DNA of 64,000 bases, from NCBI RefSeq assembly GCF_963676685.1, contig NC_092353.1, positions 27,590,001 through 27,654,000 of the forward strand, read 5' to 3'. Position 1 is the stretch's first letter, and the number at the start of each line of letters is the position of its first letter. Under the pieces are notes generated by a model. It was not told the DNA's origin, did no database searches, and worked only from the letters and a program-made list of their open reading frames with translations. This document shows, piece by piece, positions 62,972-64,000 of this stretch. Position numbers and translations under genes: made by a program. The stretch is from Mytilus edulis. Its lineage: Eukaryota.

Positions 62972-64000
62972 TAATAATTGGTAGGAACAATATTCTACAC
63001 ATGCAAACATCTCCGAAAACCATAACTAAGGACCAACACGAATCAATTAAAAAAACTACTCAACTGCTAATGAAAGGTAAGCAGTTCCTGGTGCATTAAT
63101 TGCATATCAATCATGCAGTCTAATATCTGGTGACAAGTGATTGTCAAATTTATATTCGATAAATGAAAGAAGAGAGTATGGCTATAAACTATTGAGAAAT
63201 ATTAAATGTACCATACGTTCCTTTGATGTTAAAATATATCTATTCCAATGGTGGTTTTAATTTCATAAAGGTATAAATGTATACATTTAAATTGAATAAG
63301 AGGCCTACGACCCGGATTTGAACGAGTTGTGTGATATACTATTGAATGATAGCTAATATAAAATCCTTTAAATACTCCTTAAATTTAAATATGCAGAAAC
63401 TAGTCAATAAATGTATGTTATTGTTAAATTTAAATGTTAAGATTTAATTTAAACTTAATTCAAAGGCTAAACGTTTAACTTATATGTTTAAATGATGACA
63501 CTTTCCATCGTGAATGAGCAAATTACTCATATTAAATCACCGAAACCGTCTGATATATAATTAAGACCGTACCACCATTTTATTAAGATGTATGACCAGA
63601 TATTAGATAGGCACTTCAGTTAGTTAGACACGATACAGCTACAAATGCACCGAAATTCCGCAAAAAACCCCACCAATTATTGATTGGGTAATGGAAAGAA
63701 TGTAAACCCTTGGCCATCATCAGTTTAGCCCAAACCAAAATTGGACATCCGTTTGATTTTGTGGGATCCATAAATTCGTAGTATGTCCAGTCTTAACAGG
63801 AACGCTAAATCCATGCCTTGCTTGCGATGTCTGTATGTTAAAAGATCTTGCATTAACTATACGAGTGTGAACTGTTGCAAGGCAAAATTTATGTCCGCAT
63901 TTGTTATCGAATAGTTCGTTTCTAGAAATGTAGCATTAGCGTTAGTATTTGTTGCACTTCAGTGTTTCTGTTGTTCCTTGGGTTTTCTCTTATAGATGTG

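Overview
AT-rich, repeat-dense eukaryotic DNA with spliceosomal introns. The repeat families and gene content resemble a bivalve such as a Mytilus mussel, but the taxon is inferred. Main contents: (1) An inverted segmental duplication brackets almost the whole window (left arm ~1295-12707, right arm ~53680-58830). (2) A full-length BEL/Pao LTR retrotransposon (13490-27609) contains a younger BEL/Pao element (17669-25087), which in turn contains a TTAA-flanked piggyBac-like element carrying a tRNA-like sequence. (3) A four-exon gene encodes a putatively secreted, N-terminally truncated apextrin (ApeC-domain) protein (31328-38935). (4) An array of ~11.2 apparently identical 355-bp units (40150-44130) carries a type I hammerhead ribozyme on the minus strand of each unit (retrozyme), plus an antisense mirror of the ribozyme core. 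Further hammerhead loci and Penelope-like RT remnants are scattered through the window. (5) Three decayed copies of an intronless, bacterial-type TupA-like ATP-grasp ligase gene carry a eukaryotic-style N-terminal signal anchor (best copy 59055-59985). (6) There are many non-autonomous DNA transposons, including a foldback-like element and 35-39 bp micro-elements with 7-bp TSDs. The most novel candidates are the signal-anchored TupA-like ligase and the self-locking, possibly ambisense retrozyme. All alignments were done by eye and no database searches were run.
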